From a virus (lineage: Duplodnaviria > Caudoviricetes), in IMG/VR virus record IMGVR_UViG_3300017719_000074, positions 1 to 33,503 of that record: a stretch of 33,503 nucleotides of DNA; one strand, written 5' to 3'. The translations under genes and the position numbers were made by a program. The stretch's first letter is position 1, and each line of letters opens with the position of its first letter. The notes below the pieces were generated by a model that saw nothing but the letters and a program-made list of their open reading frames with translations, ran no database searches and was not told the origin of the DNA. Of the stretch, positions 32,453 through 33,503 are shown piece after piece.

Positions 32453-33503
32453 TTATCGACTCGGGGAGTCCCAACCTTTAATAATATCTTTACTGAAATT
32501 GTTAGTCGAAAATTCTAATCGATCAACTAACTTTACAGCGCCACCTTCCATACGATCTATAGCAACAAAACCTTCAGGGTTGGTTACCTTAAATCCGGAA
32601 CTAGTCTTAACAAATGTATTAATGTTTGATAGACTGTTTAGTTTATTTATAATAATTAATTTCGCATCTACCACAGAATTTTGCAAATCAAACACTTTTT
32701 TCAATGTTTTTATGTTCTTTTTGTCAAAAAACTTTAATAATTCGTCACGCTGTGTTTCTTTCTTTTGCTTACCTTTATCTGATTTTAGTTTATCAATCTG
32801 TTTAGCATATCGTTGATTAACAAAATCAATTAAACCTCTTGTATGTGCATCAGTATTAGTAATACGAACATTTGCTCTAACCTTTGTATTATTATATGTA
32901 TTAATGATTAGATTCAATTCTTTATTCTGTTCGATCTCTTTCAGCACACTACCAGAGATTTCTCTAAATAACTTACCAGCATTTGATAGATGAGCAGTGA
33001 CTGCAGCAGTTTCCTTTGCCGTCATCGTAGCGGTACCAGATAGATCAGGAAGCGTAGCATCAACAGACCATACCTTACTTGTTGGCTTAAGTTTAGAAGC
33101 AATGGACTTACCAAACTCAGCTCTCATAGTTTCATATGTTGGCCCGGTGTATACTGTGTGCCATACAATACCGATCTCAGCTTTGGATATTTCTTTTTCC
33201 ATTGCACTACCTTTTGGTACAGCATAGACAATCGTATTAGGATGAAACGTAGTATACTTTACTCCATCAATTGTTTCTGATCCAAGGTCCGACTTATCAT
33301 ACATGAAGTCACCTTGAATAACACCTTTAATACCTACGTCTTTTAGATTATCAAAGGCCATCTTTAACTTCTTAGAGAGATCACCAGAGGTGTCTGCATC
33401 AATATCTGCATGGCTCTTATATACTTTAGGGTTGGCATTGAATACACCTTTCTTTGCAACAAAGAACTCACCAGTGATTGGGTCTTCACCAGCAAAAACA
33501 GCA
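32453..33503 (-). CDS. DUF6267-like protein with nucleic-acid-ligase-type motifs, 5'-truncated by the window edge
   Basis: Frame is open to the edge (AVFAGEDPITGEFFVAKKGVFNANPKVYK...), then QGDFM, FHPNTIVY, PEGFV, VKLVDRLEFS. Confidence 0.8.
   Translation of the reverse strand, partial: AVFAGEDPITGEFFVAKKGVFNANPKVYKSHADIDADTSGDLSKKLKMAFDNLKDVGIKGVIQGDFMYDKSDLGSETIDGVKYTTFHPNTIVYAVPKGSAMEKEISKAEIGIVWHTVYTGPTYETMRAEFGKSIASKLKPTSKVWSVDATLPDLSGTATMTAKETAAVTAHLSNAGKLFREISGSVLKEIEQNKELNLIINTYNNTKVRANVRITNTDAHTRGLIDFVNQRYAKQIDKLKSDKGKQKKETQRDELLKFFDKKNIKTLKKVFDLQNSVVDAKLIIINKLNSLSNINTFVKTSSGFKVTNPEGFVAIDRMEGGAVKLVDRLEFSTNNFSKDIIKGWDSPSR
32644..32651 (-). promoter_or_regulatory. Possible late promoter for the nucleotidyltransferase
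   Basis: Exact TATAAATA, intragenic, about 220 nt upstream of the next start. Confidence 0.45.

Noticed and set aside
898-33227. All plus-strand ORFs in the track, and short minus-strand ORFs nested in other frames (652-861, 6939-7133, 12708-12917, 14472-14654, 18545-18763, 31200-31517)
   Set aside because: They overlap well-supported minus-strand genes, lack recognisable motifs and look like shadow frames.
1-33503. Stop-codon reassignment or programmed frameshifts
   Set aside because: Core genes are full length in the standard code and end in TAA, TAG or TGA; overlaps are ordinary translational coupling.
1-33503. Cyanophage assignment
   Set aside because: No photosynthesis genes are in the window and the ATP-cone NrdA/NrdB look proteobacterial-type. 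The host cannot be fixed beyond Gram-negative from this window.

Overview
Fragment of an AT-rich T4-like (Tevenvirinae/Kyanoviridae-grade, probably aquatic) myophage genome infecting a Gram-negative host. Essentially all real genes are on the minus strand. In transcription order (right to left): (i) a late block (about 26.1-33.5 kb) of mostly unknown proteins, many beginning with a motif resembling the T4 capsid-targeting sequence, including a ligase-like DUF6267 protein, a multidomain HIGH-type nucleotidyltransferase and a P-loop kinase; (ii) i-spanin/o-spanin, a class 3 lipase and a small membrane protein; (iii) nrdA-nrdB-glutaredoxin, a GIY-YIG protein and RNase H; (iv) a roughly 15 kb accessory region (DenV-like, PhoH, 2OG-Fe(II) oxygenase, PD-(D/E)XK nuclease, HAD, MazG-like, GroES, SleB, Ntn-hydrolase, M15A endolysin, a three-gene exported-protein operon); (v) gp33-dsbA-gp59-gp32. 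Eleven early promoters share TGTACA or TTTACW-N17-TATAAT; two sit in a 95-bp repeated cassette. T4 late promoters (TATAAATA) and three intrinsic terminators are visible. The best candidate for a new system is a capsid-packaged, protease-processed, co-injected enzyme set (ligase-like + nucleotidyltransferase + kinase). Family assignments come from motif recognition, not from database searches.
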